Source of the DNA: Gammaproteobacteria bacterium
Lineage (GTDB): Bacteria; Pseudomonadota; Gammaproteobacteria; GRL18
Length of the DNA stretch: 36,326 nt
Direction: 5' to 3'
Assembly (NCBI GenBank): GCA_023144715.1
Contig: JAGLFC010000020.1
Location: 1 to 36,326, forward strand
Program-made: the position numbers and the translations under genes
Part shown: positions 10,190 to 19,689 of the stretch, one piece after another
Numbering within the stretch: the stretch's first letter is position 1
Layout: each line of letters starts with the position of its first letter
The notes under the pieces: generated by a model
Told to the model about the DNA's origin: nothing
The model's database searches: none
Seen by the model: the letters and a program-made list of their open reading frames with translations, nothing else

Positions 10190-10780
10190 ATGAACAACAT
10201 CCTAAAGAAAACAGTTTACCGAGTATTGTTATTGAGCATATTATTGTTTAATCCTGTGAGTGCAGATGAAGTTACGGATGTAATGGAAGAAGCCTTAGTG
10301 GCGTATAAAAAAGAAAACTATGCACAAATGAAGGATGATTTGAATTATGTACTTGATTTAATTAGACAGAAAAAAAATGACAGCTTAAAAAATATATTAC
10401 CTGAAGCACCTGATCATTGGACAGCAGAAGAAGTTATATCAGAAACGGCGATAGCAGGCGTATTGGGTGGAGGCACAACGGTGAGTCGTGTTTATAAAAA
10501 AGAAGCGACCACAGTGACTATAATGATTATAATAGATTCTCCACTGATGCAAAGCATTGGCACGATGCTTTCAAATCCTCTGTTTGCTTCAGCGGGTAAA
10601 ATAAAGCGTATTAATAGAGAAAAGGCAATGATTAAATATAATGGTCAACAAAAATCAGGTGAGGTTATCTTAGTGATTGATAAGCAATATATGGTGACGA
10701 TAAAAGGTTTAAATGTCACAGAAAAAGAACTGATTGATTATACACGATTAATAGATTTTGAAACATTAAAAAATATATAA
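10190..10780 (+). CDS. exported hypothetical protein
   Basis: Signal peptide ending VSA|DE; helical N-terminus followed by beta-rich region; 196 aa. Confidence 0.8.
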   Translation: MNNILKKTVYRVLLLSILLFNPVSADEVTDVMEEALVAYKKENYAQMKDDLNYVLDLIRQKKNDSLKNILPEAPDHWTAEEVISETAIAGVLGGGTTVSRVYKKEATTVTIMIIIDSPLMQSIGTMLSNPLFASAGKIKRINREKAMIKYNGQQKSGEVILVIDKQYMVTIKGLNVTEKELIDYTRLIDFETLKNI

Positions 10781-10915
10781 GGGAAAAATTTGAGTCATTA
10801 CGATAAAATGAATGGCTTTCTTGTTATAGACAACCATAAAGAATATGATTGTAAAAATTAGAAGGTGAGAGTATTCATTCACCCTTAAAATAAGCTTATT
10901 ATAGATTACCCTATT

Positions 10916-11950
10916 ATGAAAAAAATTAAATGTGCCATTATTGGCTGTGGTAGAATTTCCTTAAAACATTTTGAAGCGATTGATGAGCATCATCAATCAC
11001 TTGAATTAATTGCTGTATGTGATACTGATTTACTATTAGTAGAAAAAATTTCAGTAGAAAAAAAGTGTAAAGCTTATACCTCTCTTCCTATTTTACTGAG
11101 TGATAATAGTATAGAGCTGATTATACTGTGTACGCCTAGTGGTCTTCATGCCTGTCAAACTGTACTGTGTGCTCAAGCAGGAAAACATGTTATGACAGAA
11201 AAACCAATGGCAACTCGTTGGCAAGATGGCTTAACAATGGTCAAGGCTTGTGATGATGCAAATGTTCAATTATTTGTTGTTAAGCAAAATCGACGAAATA
11301 CAACCTTACAACTACTCAAACATGCGATTGAACAAAAGCGTTTTGGTAAAATTTATATGGTACAAATTAATGTTTTCTGGACACGTCCTCAAGCCTATTA
11401 TGATCAAGCAAAATGGCGTGGTACATGGGAATTTGATGGAGGTGCTTTAATGAATCAAGCGAGTCATTACATTGATCTTTTAGACTGGTTAATTGGTCCA
11501 ATCAAAGATATTCAAGCAATGACAGGTACATTAGCTCGTGATATTGAAGTAGAAGATACAGGTGTCATGAACGTACGCTGGCGATCTGGCACACTAGGAT
11601 CTGTGAGTGTTACCATGTTGACTTATCCTAAAAATTTAGAAGGTTCGATCACTATTTTAGGTGAAAAAGGAACGGTTAAAGTGGGGGGGGTTGCTGTTAA
11701 TCAAATTGAACATTGGGAGTTTGAAGACTCAAATCCTGATGATAAAAAAATTAAAGAAGCCAGTTATAAAACAACTTCTGTGTATGGTTTTGGACACCCT
11801 TTATATTATAAAAATGTGATAGAGACCTTAAATGGGCAGGCTGTTGCTGAAACAGATGGACGAGAAGGATTGAGATCATTAGAATTGTTAATTGCTTCTT
11901 ATTTATCTGCTAGAGACGGTAAAAAAGTATCCTTACCTTTGGAATATTAA
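10916..11950 (+). CDS. wbpB: UDP-GlcNAcA 3-dehydrogenase (Gfo/Idh/MocA family; WbpB/WlbA-like)
   Basis: [49 protein letters not shown]; precedes wbpD/wbpE homologues. Confidence 0.88.
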   Translation: MKKIKCAIIGCGRISLKHFEAIDEHHQSLELIAVCDTDLLLVEKISVEKKCKAYTSLPILLSDNSIELIILCTPSGLHACQTVLCAQAGKHVMTEKPMATRWQDGLTMVKACDDANVQLFVVKQNRRNTTLQLLKHAIEQKRFGKIYMVQINVFWTRPQAYYDQAKWRGTWEFDGGALMNQASHYIDLLDWLIGPIKDIQAMTGTLARDIEVEDTGVMNVRWRSGTLGSVSVTMLTYPKNLEGSITILGEKGTVKVGGVAVNQIEHWEFEDSNPDDKKIKEASYKTTSVYGFGHPLYYKNVIETLNGQAVAETDGREGLRSLELLIASYLSARDGKKVSLPLEY

Positions 11951-12528
11951 TGATGAATTATTTTGCTCACCCAAGTGCAATTATTGATGAGGGTGCTAGT
12001 ATTGGACAAAATAGTCGAATTTGGCATTGGGTTCATGTGAGTGCAGGTGCCAAAATTGGCAATAGTTGTTCACTGGGACAAAATGTCTTTATCGGTAATC
12101 AAGTGACCATTGGTCATAATGTTAAAATTCAAAATAATGTATCTGTTTATGATAACGTTACTTTAGAAGATGATGTTTTTTGTGGTCCAAGTATGGTTTT
12201 TACCAATGTTTATAATCCTCGTTCAGCCATTAAAAGAAAAACTGAATATCGTGATACCTTAGTTAAAAAAGGAGTAACATTGGGTGCAAATTGTACTATT
12301 ATTTGTGGTATAACAATTGGTCAATATGCTTTTATTGGAGCAGGTGCTGTTATCAATCAAGATGTACCTGATTATGCGTTAATGGTGGGCGTACCAGCCA
12401 AGCAAATAGGTTGGATGAGTGAATATGGAGAGCAATTAGAATTACCACTGATGGGCGTAGCAGAAGTAAAATGTCCTCATAGTGGCAAACAATACCAATT
12501 AAACAATGATATTTTAACGGCAATATAA
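11950..12528 (+). CDS. wbpD: UDP-3-amino-GlcNAcA N-acetyltransferase (hexapeptide repeat; WbpD/WlbB-like)
   Basis: [48 protein letters not shown]. Confidence 0.92.
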   Translation: MMNYFAHPSAIIDEGASIGQNSRIWHWVHVSAGAKIGNSCSLGQNVFIGNQVTIGHNVKIQNNVSVYDNVTLEDDVFCGPSMVFTNVYNPRSAIKRKTEYRDTLVKKGVTLGANCTIICGITIGQYAFIGAGAVINQDVPDYALMVGVPAKQIGWMSEYGEQLELPLMGVAEVKCPHSGKQYQLNNDILTAI

Positions 12529-12569
12529 GCTTTTTATTACAGATTTTAAATTCTCAGGAATCCATTGTT

Positions 12570-14153
12570 ATGCAATTAGAAAGCAATAATAAAAAAATGT
12601 ATCTAAATAAATCTCATCTACAGTTTGTTTTTGATAAAAATGTTTTAGCGGATGCTTTGCTTTCAAGAGGAAATGATTATCAATATACGGTTAATTTGCT
12701 TCAATCTGTTAAGCAACAATACGTTGAAGGGTGGGTTGCTTCACACACAGTATCCATACTGTATTATTTAGTCAAACAAGCATTACAAGCAGATGATTAT
12801 AATAAAGAAGAGTCCCAACAAATTGCCTCAAAACGTATTAAAGAAATAATGTCCTTTTTAAAAGTGTTGCCTCAATGTGGTCATGACCTTATTACTGCCT
12901 TTGATGAATTTGAACTAGATTATGAAAATTATTTGATTACAAAATTAGTCAAAGATTATTTACCAAATCCCATTATTATCTCACAAAATAAAAAATTTGA
13001 AGGGCAGGGCTTAACGGTTAAACATCCGAGTGATATGACTGATAAACTATTAATCTCCCTTAATCAATGTGATACACATTTTGTTGATTTAAAACAGCAA
13101 CAGAGGCAAGCCTTTCCTAATATAGAAAAAAACATTAAAAATGTTTTGGTTAACTGTAATTTTATTCAAGGCAATGAAGTTAAACAACTTGAAAAAAAAC
13201 TGGCACAATTTGTAGGTGTTAAGCATTGTATTGGTGTTTCTAGTGGGACAGATGCGTTATTAATTGCTATGATGGCTTTAGGAATACAATCAGGTGATGA
13301 AGTTATTACGACACCTTTTACCTTTATTGCGACAGGAGAAATGATTGCATTATTAGGGGCAAAACCCATTTTTGTTGATATTGATCCAAACACTTATAAT
13401 ATTGATCCTAATAAAATAGAGCAAGCCATCACACACAAAACAAAAGCAATTTTACCTGTCAGTCTTTATGGTCAATGTGTAGATTTTGATAGTATTAATC
13501 TCATTGCAAAAAAATATCAAATACCTGTAATTGAAGATGGTGCACAAAGTTTTGGAGCAACTTATAAAGGAAAAAAATCTTGCTCTTTAACGACTATTGC
13601 GTGTACAAGCTTTTTTCCCTCAAAACCATTAGGGGGTTATGGAGATGGTGGTGCATGCTTTACCGATAATGATGAATTAGCAACACTCATGCGTGAAATT
13701 AGAGTACATGGTCAAAATAAACGATACCATCATCCTAGAATAGGGATTAATGGTAGACTTGACACCCTTCAAGCAGCTATTTTATTAGCAAAATTAGATA
13801 TATTTCCAAAAGAGATCGAAAAAAGGAAAATAATTGGTGATACTTATACCCAATTGTTGACTAAACATTGTCCTCATATAATCCCTCCTTATATAAAAAA
13901 TGGGTATACTAGCGTTTATGCACAATATACGATTAAAGTGGATAATCGAGATAAGTTGATCGAAACACTTAAAAAAGTACATATTCCAAGTGCAGTGCAT
14001 TATCCTGTTCCTCTTAATCAACAACCTGCTCTAAAAACAGATGCGTTTGATTTATTAAATGCTCAAGAATTATCAAGCAAGGTAATGAGTTTACCCATGC
14101 ATCCTTATTTAACAGAAGTTGAACAGCAGTATATTGTTAATATGCTCAAATGA
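12570..14153 (+). CDS. wbpE: DegT/DnrJ-family aminotransferase (WbpE/WlbC-like) with N-terminal PIN-like domain
   Basis: C-terminal ~360 aa: SSGTDAL, TPFTFIAT, IEDGAQSFGA, SFFPSKPLGGYGDGG, NGRLDTLQAA, SLPMHPYL. N-terminal ~155 aa: FVFDKNVLAD...DYEN...ISQNKKF. Confidence 0.88.
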   Translation: MQLESNNKKMYLNKSHLQFVFDKNVLADALLSRGNDYQYTVNLLQSVKQQYVEGWVASHTVSILYYLVKQALQADDYNKEESQQIASKRIKEIMSFLKVLPQCGHDLITAFDEFELDYENYLITKLVKDYLPNPIIISQNKKFEGQGLTVKHPSDMTDKLLISLNQCDTHFVDLKQQQRQAFPNIEKNIKNVLVNCNFIQGNEVKQLEKKLAQFVGVKHCIGVSSGTDALLIAMMALGIQSGDEVITTPFTFIATGEMIALLGAKPIFVDIDPNTYNIDPNKIEQAITHKTKAILPVSLYGQCVDFDSINLIAKKYQIPVIEDGAQSFGATYKGKKSCSLTTIACTSFFPSKPLGGYGDGGACFTDNDELATLMREIRVHGQNKRYHHPRIGINGRLDTLQAAILLAKLDIFPKEIEKRKIIGDTYTQLLTKHCPHIIPPYIKNGYTSVYAQYTIKVDNRDKLIETLKKVHIPSAVHYPVPLNQQPALKTDAFDLLNAQELSSKVMSLPMHPYLTEVEQQYIVNMLK

Positions 14154-14224
14154 AAAAGATTATAGAAAAAATTAAAAAAAGAGAAGGTTGTTCAACTGAA
14201 TTTAAACGTTTTTGTCAAAAATAA
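14150..14224 (+). pseudogene. 24-codon ORF, possible remnant of an AlbA_2/Schlafen-domain gene
   Basis: ATG overlaps the wbpE stop (ATGA); MKKIIEKIKKREGCSTEFKRFCQK*, resembling the E-x(4)-EFK N-terminal motif. Confidence 0.3.
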
Positions 14225-14296
14225 GTTATAGAATTTTGGAATGTGAAAAATGATAAATAGTGATAAAGTATATTATTTTCAAAACTATACATTCTT

Positions 14297-15550
14297 ATGT
14301 TACGTCAATTAAAGCCTAAATCAGAGTTTTCTCGTCATGTACTGACTCTTATGACTGGGACGACGATTGCACAAGCAATTCCTATTGCAATCAGTCCTAT
14401 ATTAACAAGAATATATACTCCAGAAGATTTTGGTGTTTTTGCACTGTATATGAGCATCACTTCCATATTGTCTGTGCTTGCTACAGGTCGATATGAATTG
14501 GCTATCATGCTTCCAAAAAAGGATGACGATGCACTTAATATAATGATTCTTTCTATTATAATATCTTTTTTTGTCAGTTGTTTTTTATTTATAATTGTAT
14601 TTGTTTTTAATGATCAAATTACCTATTTTCTTGGCAATCCTAAAATATCTAACTGGCTTTATTTTATTCCTATGACCGTGTTATTAACAGGCATTTATCA
14701 AAGTGTTAATTACTGGAGTAATAGAAAAAAACAATATCAAAGATTAGCAATAAACAAAATACTGAAAAGTGGGACAACAGCAACAACAAATCTTGGAATG
14801 GGATTGAGTGGTGTTGGCAGTAGTGGATTAATACTCAGTCAATTGATAGGGCAAAGTATTGCTACAGTTATGCTTTGTACGGTCATCTGGAAGGAAGATA
14901 AAAACTGGTTAAAAAAGGTTAAAAAATTAAAAATATTTGCTTTAGTAAAAAAATATATTAAATTTCCAAAATATGATGTAGGAGCATCATTATTAAATAT
15001 TTTAGCACACCAATTACCCAATATTTTTTTTAATATTATTTTTAACTCTAGTGTTTCAGGATACTATTATTTAACGCAACGAATCTTAGGGCTTCCTATT
15101 TCTATTTTAGGCGCAGCTATACTTACTGTATTTAGAGAACAGGCATCAATAGATTATAAAAAATTTGGTAATGCAAAAAAAATATATATACAAACATTTA
15201 AGAAACTTTTTATAATAGGTTTTTTCACGTTTATTTTGCTTTATTTTTTTTCTGTGGAATTATTTGTTTTAGTATTTGGAGATAAGTGGAATATTGCAGG
15301 TGAATACGCAAAAATACTTACACCCTTATTTTTTTTAAAATTTATTTCTAACCCACTTAGTTTTATGCTTTACATAGGTGAAAAACAAAAATTAAATTTA
15401 TATAGTCAATTTTTATTTATAATTGCATTATTATACAGTTTTCTAGTCAGCAGTAACATATATGAAGTATTACATAATATAACAATATTTTTTTGCCTTA
15501 TTTATATCTATTATTTATATCTATCAGCTAAAATTGCAAAGGTTTTTTGA
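14297..15550 (+). CDS. wzx: O-antigen/polysaccharide flippase (Wzx family)
   Basis: NVLTL-type start HVLTLMTGTTIAQAIPIAISPILTRIYTPEDFG; many TM helices; LVFGDKWNIAG. Confidence 0.9.
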   Translation: MLRQLKPKSEFSRHVLTLMTGTTIAQAIPIAISPILTRIYTPEDFGVFALYMSITSILSVLATGRYELAIMLPKKDDDALNIMILSIIISFFVSCFLFIIVFVFNDQITYFLGNPKISNWLYFIPMTVLLTGIYQSVNYWSNRKKQYQRLAINKILKSGTTATTNLGMGLSGVGSSGLILSQLIGQSIATVMLCTVIWKEDKNWLKKVKKLKIFALVKKYIKFPKYDVGASLLNILAHQLPNIFFNIIFNSSVSGYYYLTQRILGLPISILGAAILTVFREQASIDYKKFGNAKKIYIQTFKKLFIIGFFTFILLYFFSVELFVLVFGDKWNIAGEYAKILTPLFFLKFISNPLSFMLYIGEKQKLNLYSQFLFIIALLYSFLVSSNIYEVLHNITIFFCLIYIYYLYLSAKIAKVF

Positions 15551-15561
15551 AAGGAATTAAA

Positions 15562-16224
15562 ATGAAAAATAAAAAAGGCGTTACTAGAGAATCTAGTTTA
15601 ACAAAAAATATATACTTCAGTGACAATTATTTTAATAAATATCAATTATTTTCATTAAGTGAACAAATAAATTTATTATATAAATATTCTAAATTAATAT
15701 ATAAGCCTAAAATTCTTGAAATTGGTAAAGGAAATGGTTTTGTATCTGATTTTTATAAAAAAGCAAACTTTTATATAAAAACATTTGATATAAATAAAAA
15801 TTTAAATCCAGATATACTTGGTAATATATTAGAACTAAATAAATTGATAGATTTTAAACCTGATTTAATACTATGTGCTGAAGTATTAGAACATATAGAA
15901 TTTAATTCTTTTAAAAAAATATTAGAAGAGTTAAGTATAGCAAGTAATAGCTATGTCATTATAACTTTACCAGAATTTAAAAAATTTTTTGGTTTAAATA
16001 TACAAATTAGAACCTTAAATTATAATATTTTTTCAATTCCGTTATTTATAAAAACAAGACATAAAAAAAAATTAGGGAGTGGTCATTTTTGGGAAATTGA
16101 TTATGATAATGATTCAAAAAGAAAGAATATTGAAAAAATAATTAGAAAATATTTTATAATTATTGAGCAGGGTAGGTTTCATTCTAACCCTTATCATAAT
16201 TATTATGTATTAAAAAAAATTTAA
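15562..16224 (+). CDS. class I SAM-dependent methyltransferase
   Basis: ILEIGKGNG, FDIN, DLILCAEVLEHI, HFWEI; ATG 15562 has AAAGGA RBS (track start 15547). Confidence 0.85.
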   Translation: MKNKKGVTRESSLTKNIYFSDNYFNKYQLFSLSEQINLLYKYSKLIYKPKILEIGKGNGFVSDFYKKANFYIKTFDINKNLNPDILGNILELNKLIDFKPDLILCAEVLEHIEFNSFKKILEELSIASNSYVIITLPEFKKFFGLNIQIRTLNYNIFSIPLFIKTRHKKKLGSGHFWEIDYDNDSKRKNIEKIIRKYFIIIEQGRFHSNPYHNYYVLKKI

Positions 16225-16275
16225 TACATTGAAAAATAAAATATTTTTTTAAATTTATGGGAATTTTTTAATATA

Positions 16276-17418
16276 ATGAAAAAAAAATTACGAGTTATAG
16301 TTTGTGCTTTAGCTAATTTAGATAATAATCCACGTCCAAATAGAATGGTTAACTATTTTAAAGATAAGACTGAATATGAAGTATCATATTTAGGTTTTAA
16401 TTGCACACTGCCAGATATAAAATTTTTTAAAATAAAAGAAAATAATTATTTTCACATTAAACTTATTCGTCTTTTTTCAAAATTATTTAGGTTATTTACT
16501 GTTATTGAAAAGATAACTTACACTATTGATCCAGTAATAGACTTTAATGATTATGAACTTGTGATTTGTCATGATATAAAGTTACTTCCTTATATATTAA
16601 AATCAAAAAGATCGTTTAAAATTATTTTTGATGCTCGTGAGTATTATCCAAAACATTTTGAAGATAAAAGAATTTGGAAAATTATTAATGCACCATTTTT
16701 AGATTATTTATGTAAGAAACATTTATCAAAGATTGATTATGGTATTACTGTTTCAAACGGTTTAAAAAAAGGATATAGTGAAAATTATTCTATTGATATG
16801 GATATTTTTTATAGTTTACCACCTTATATTAATCTACCTGTTAGAAAAGTAGGGAAAATAATAAGATTTATTTATCATGGAAATTCAAATGAAAGTAGAA
16901 AAATTGAACAATTGATTTATGCAATGGATAATGCCAATGCTAATATTTTATTAGATCTTATGCTTGTAGGTAATAAAAATGATGTCAAGAAATTATTGTT
17001 ACTAACTAAATATCGTTCCAATGTTAGGGTAATAGAAGCCGTTTCTTTTAATGAAATTATTATAACATTAAATAAGTATGATGCAGGGGTCATATTTTAC
17101 CCACCTTCTTCATTTAATCTCGAATACTGCATGCCTAATAAATTATTTGAATGTATTCAGGCAAGAATTCCAGTTATTGTTGCACCTCTTACTGATTTAA
17201 AAAAATTTGTAATTTCAAATAAAATTGGTGTTGTTTCATCAGGTTTTAATTCATTGTCATTGGCAGAAAGTTTTAATGATTTAGACTCCGATACTTTATA
17301 TCAATTCAAACAGCAGTCTGATAAATTAGCTAAAATTTATAATCAATCGAAAAATAATAAAGCAATGGATATTATTATAAAACAACTATTTTTAAATACA
17401 TCGACTTTAAGCAATTAA
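16276..17418 (+). CDS. glycosyltransferase (GT-B/GT4-like)
   Basis: NPRPNR, IFDAREYYP, FIYHG, YCMPNKLFECIQARIPV. Confidence 0.8.
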   Translation: MKKKLRVIVCALANLDNNPRPNRMVNYFKDKTEYEVSYLGFNCTLPDIKFFKIKENNYFHIKLIRLFSKLFRLFTVIEKITYTIDPVIDFNDYELVICHDIKLLPYILKSKRSFKIIFDAREYYPKHFEDKRIWKIINAPFLDYLCKKHLSKIDYGITVSNGLKKGYSENYSIDMDIFYSLPPYINLPVRKVGKIIRFIYHGNSNESRKIEQLIYAMDNANANILLDLMLVGNKNDVKKLLLLTKYRSNVRVIEAVSFNEIIITLNKYDAGVIFYPPSSFNLEYCMPNKLFECIQARIPVIVAPLTDLKKFVISNKIGVVSSGFNSLSLAESFNDLDSDTLYQFKQQSDKLAKIYNQSKNNKAMDIIIKQLFLNTSTLSN

Positions 17419-18510
17419 ATGATGAAAATTATTACCATAATCGGTGCAAGACCACAATTCATCAAAGCCTCTGTTGTGTCCAGAGCTTTTGCCCTACATA
17501 AACCCTCTATACAAGAGATGATTATTCATACGGGTCAACATTATGACTCTAATATGTCAGATATTTTTTTTAATGAACTTGATATTAAAAAACCAGATTA
17601 CAACCTAGGGATAGGGGGGGGATCACATGGACAAAATACAGGACGAATGATTGAAAAAATTGAAACTGTTTTACTTCATGAACAACCCGATTGTGTTTTA
17701 GTGTATGGTGATACAGACTCGACATTAGCAGGCACTTTAGCCGCTGTAAAACTTCATATTCCTATTGCTCATATTGAAGCGGGTTTGCGTTCATTCAATC
17801 GTCAAATGCCAGAAGAAATTAACCGTATATTAACAGATCATGCTGCTAATTTACTATTTACTCCCACTAATATTGCCACAAAAAATTTATCTAATGAAGG
17901 AATCAAGGGCGATCAAGTACAACAATTAGGGGATGTAATGTATGATGTTGCTCTTTATTATGCACATAAAGCTGAAAAAAATAGTCGCATACTAAAGACT
18001 GAAAAACTGGATTCAAAAAATTATATTCTGGCTACTGTACATCGTGCAGAAAATACAGATAATATTACTCAGATGAAAAATATTCTTTCTAGTTTTGCTG
18101 CTATCAATAAAATAATAGTTTGGCCTATTCATCCGAGAACAAGAAAACGTATTAATGACTATGGTTTAGCCATACCTCATACAATAAAATTGATAGATCC
18201 TGTTGGATACTTAGATATGGTGATGCTTGAAAAGCATGCGTCTCTTATTATTACAGATAGTGGTGGTGTCCAAAAAGAGGCTTTTTTTCATAAAGTGGCG
18301 TGCATTACTTTAAGAGAAGAAACAGAATGGTTGGAACTCATAGAATTAGGTGCAAATATACTCCATTCAACGATAGGCTTTGAAAAGGAAGTGTTATCTA
18401 ATTTTAATAAGATATTTAAAGACAATCATAATATTTATGGATCAGGTAATGCGGCTGATAAAATAGTTGACTATTTATATTATGAACTAAAAAAATCAAA
18501 TAAAGGCTAA
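17419..18510 (+). CDS. wbpI: non-hydrolysing UDP-sugar 2-epimerase (WbpI/WlbD-like, WecB family)
   Basis: GARPQFIK, HTGQHYD, VYGDTDSTLA, HIEAGLRSFN, MPEEINR, HRAEN, TDSGGVQKEA; context of wbpB/D/E. Confidence 0.87.
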   Translation: MMKIITIIGARPQFIKASVVSRAFALHKPSIQEMIIHTGQHYDSNMSDIFFNELDIKKPDYNLGIGGGSHGQNTGRMIEKIETVLLHEQPDCVLVYGDTDSTLAGTLAAVKLHIPIAHIEAGLRSFNRQMPEEINRILTDHAANLLFTPTNIATKNLSNEGIKGDQVQQLGDVMYDVALYYAHKAEKNSRILKTEKLDSKNYILATVHRAENTDNITQMKNILSSFAAINKIIVWPIHPRTRKRINDYGLAIPHTIKLIDPVGYLDMVMLEKHASLIITDSGGVQKEAFFHKVACITLREETEWLELIELGANILHSTIGFEKEVLSNFNKIFKDNHNIYGSGNAADKIVDYLYYELKKSNKG

Positions 18511-18516
18511 AGTAAA

Positions 18517-19665
18517 TTGAAAAATGTTTTGATTGTTGCATATTATTTTCCACCCTATGCAGGTGTCACTGCTAGGATAGAAAAAAATTATAAATATTTA
18601 CCAAAATTTGGTTGGAATCCTTTAATTTTAACCGTTGATCCTCGTTATTATAATGAAAAAGTGATTCTAGAAAAAAATATTCAGTCGAGTAATATCTATC
18701 GTATTCCCTATATAAAAATTCCCTTTGCTTCATTACTGGTAAGAGGATTTCTTCCATTATTAGTATTAATCTATAGCCTATTTAATTATAAAAAAATTAA
18801 TGCTATTTATTTGACAGGAGGTGTATTTTTTCCATTTATTGTGACTACAATTGTGACTGGAATTTTTAAAATGCCGAGCATTCTTGATTTTAGGGATTCA
18901 TGGAGTATTAACTATGGTTTTGATGGCAGAAAAAAACAAGGATTTAAAGCCAATATAAAAGAAAAAATATTAGGTGTACTCGAAAAAATATCAATACATT
19001 ATGCCACTGAAGTAATCTTTGCCACGTCACACTTGCAAGATGAATATGAGCAGTTATTTCCAACATATACCCATAAATTTCATACCATCAATAATGGTAT
19101 TGATCCAGATGATTTTGTTAATATAACACCAAAAAAAATAACACAAGGGAAAACAATTATAGTAACAGGTAAATTTTATCTTTATACGCCAAGTGTTATC
19201 CCTTATTTTATGGAATTATTAAAAAATTACTCTGATATTACGTTTATATATGTGGGGAGTGAACATGAAATTATAAAACAATTTGCAAAACAATTTAATG
19301 TTCAAAAACAAGTGATTACTTATAAGTATCAACTGTATGAAAAAACATTAGAGTTAATTGCAGGTGCAGATTATTGTATTGTTACAAATGGCATGGTTAA
19401 TGGCCTAGGAACAAAAATATTTGATTATTTGGCTCTATCAAAGCCTGTTCTTTGTTTTGTTCCAAAAAATTCTATATTAACAACCACATTAGGATCATTA
19501 GATAATATTATTATATGCGAACCTAAATATACTTTAACGACAGTTGATAATGGAATTAAAAAATTAATTCATTCAAACAATATGGATAATCAAGAAGTAT
19601 TAAAAGATTTTTCAAGAGTCTATTCATCAGAAAAATTAGCTCAGTATTTATCTAAAATTTCTTAA
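18517..19665 (+). CDS. glycosyltransferase (GT4-like)
   Basis: VLIVAYYFPP, KYLPKFGW, LDFRDSW, INNGID, TKIFDYLALSKPVL; TTG start. Confidence 0.82.
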   Translation: MKNVLIVAYYFPPYAGVTARIEKNYKYLPKFGWNPLILTVDPRYYNEKVILEKNIQSSNIYRIPYIKIPFASLLVRGFLPLLVLIYSLFNYKKINAIYLTGGVFFPFIVTTIVTGIFKMPSILDFRDSWSINYGFDGRKKQGFKANIKEKILGVLEKISIHYATEVIFATSHLQDEYEQLFPTYTHKFHTINNGIDPDDFVNITPKKITQGKTIIVTGKFYLYTPSVIPYFMELLKNYSDITFIYVGSEHEIIKQFAKQFNVQKQVITYKYQLYEKTLELIAGADYCIVTNGMVNGLGTKIFDYLALSKPVLCFVPKNSILTTTLGSLDNIIICEPKYTLTTVDNGIKKLIHSNNMDNQEVLKDFSRVYSSEKLAQYLSKIS

Positions 19666-19689
19666 TAGATGAAAAAAATACCTCTTTAT

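Larger units (their letters stand above)
10916..19665 (+). other. surface polysaccharide (O-antigen/capsule) gene cluster for a 2,3-diacetamido-2,3-dideoxy-uronic acid
   Basis: Co-oriented wbpB-wbpD-wbpE-wzx-MTase-GT-wbpI-GT with short or overlapping spacers; very AT-rich core. Confidence 0.85.

Noticed and set aside
8816-10780. Integron or prophage
   Set aside because: No IntI-specific insertion recognised, no attC-like cassette array and no phage genes.
10781-10915. ops/JUMPstart element before the polysaccharide cluster
   Set aside because: No GGCGGTAG motif; only a weak imperfect hairpin at about 10862-10886.
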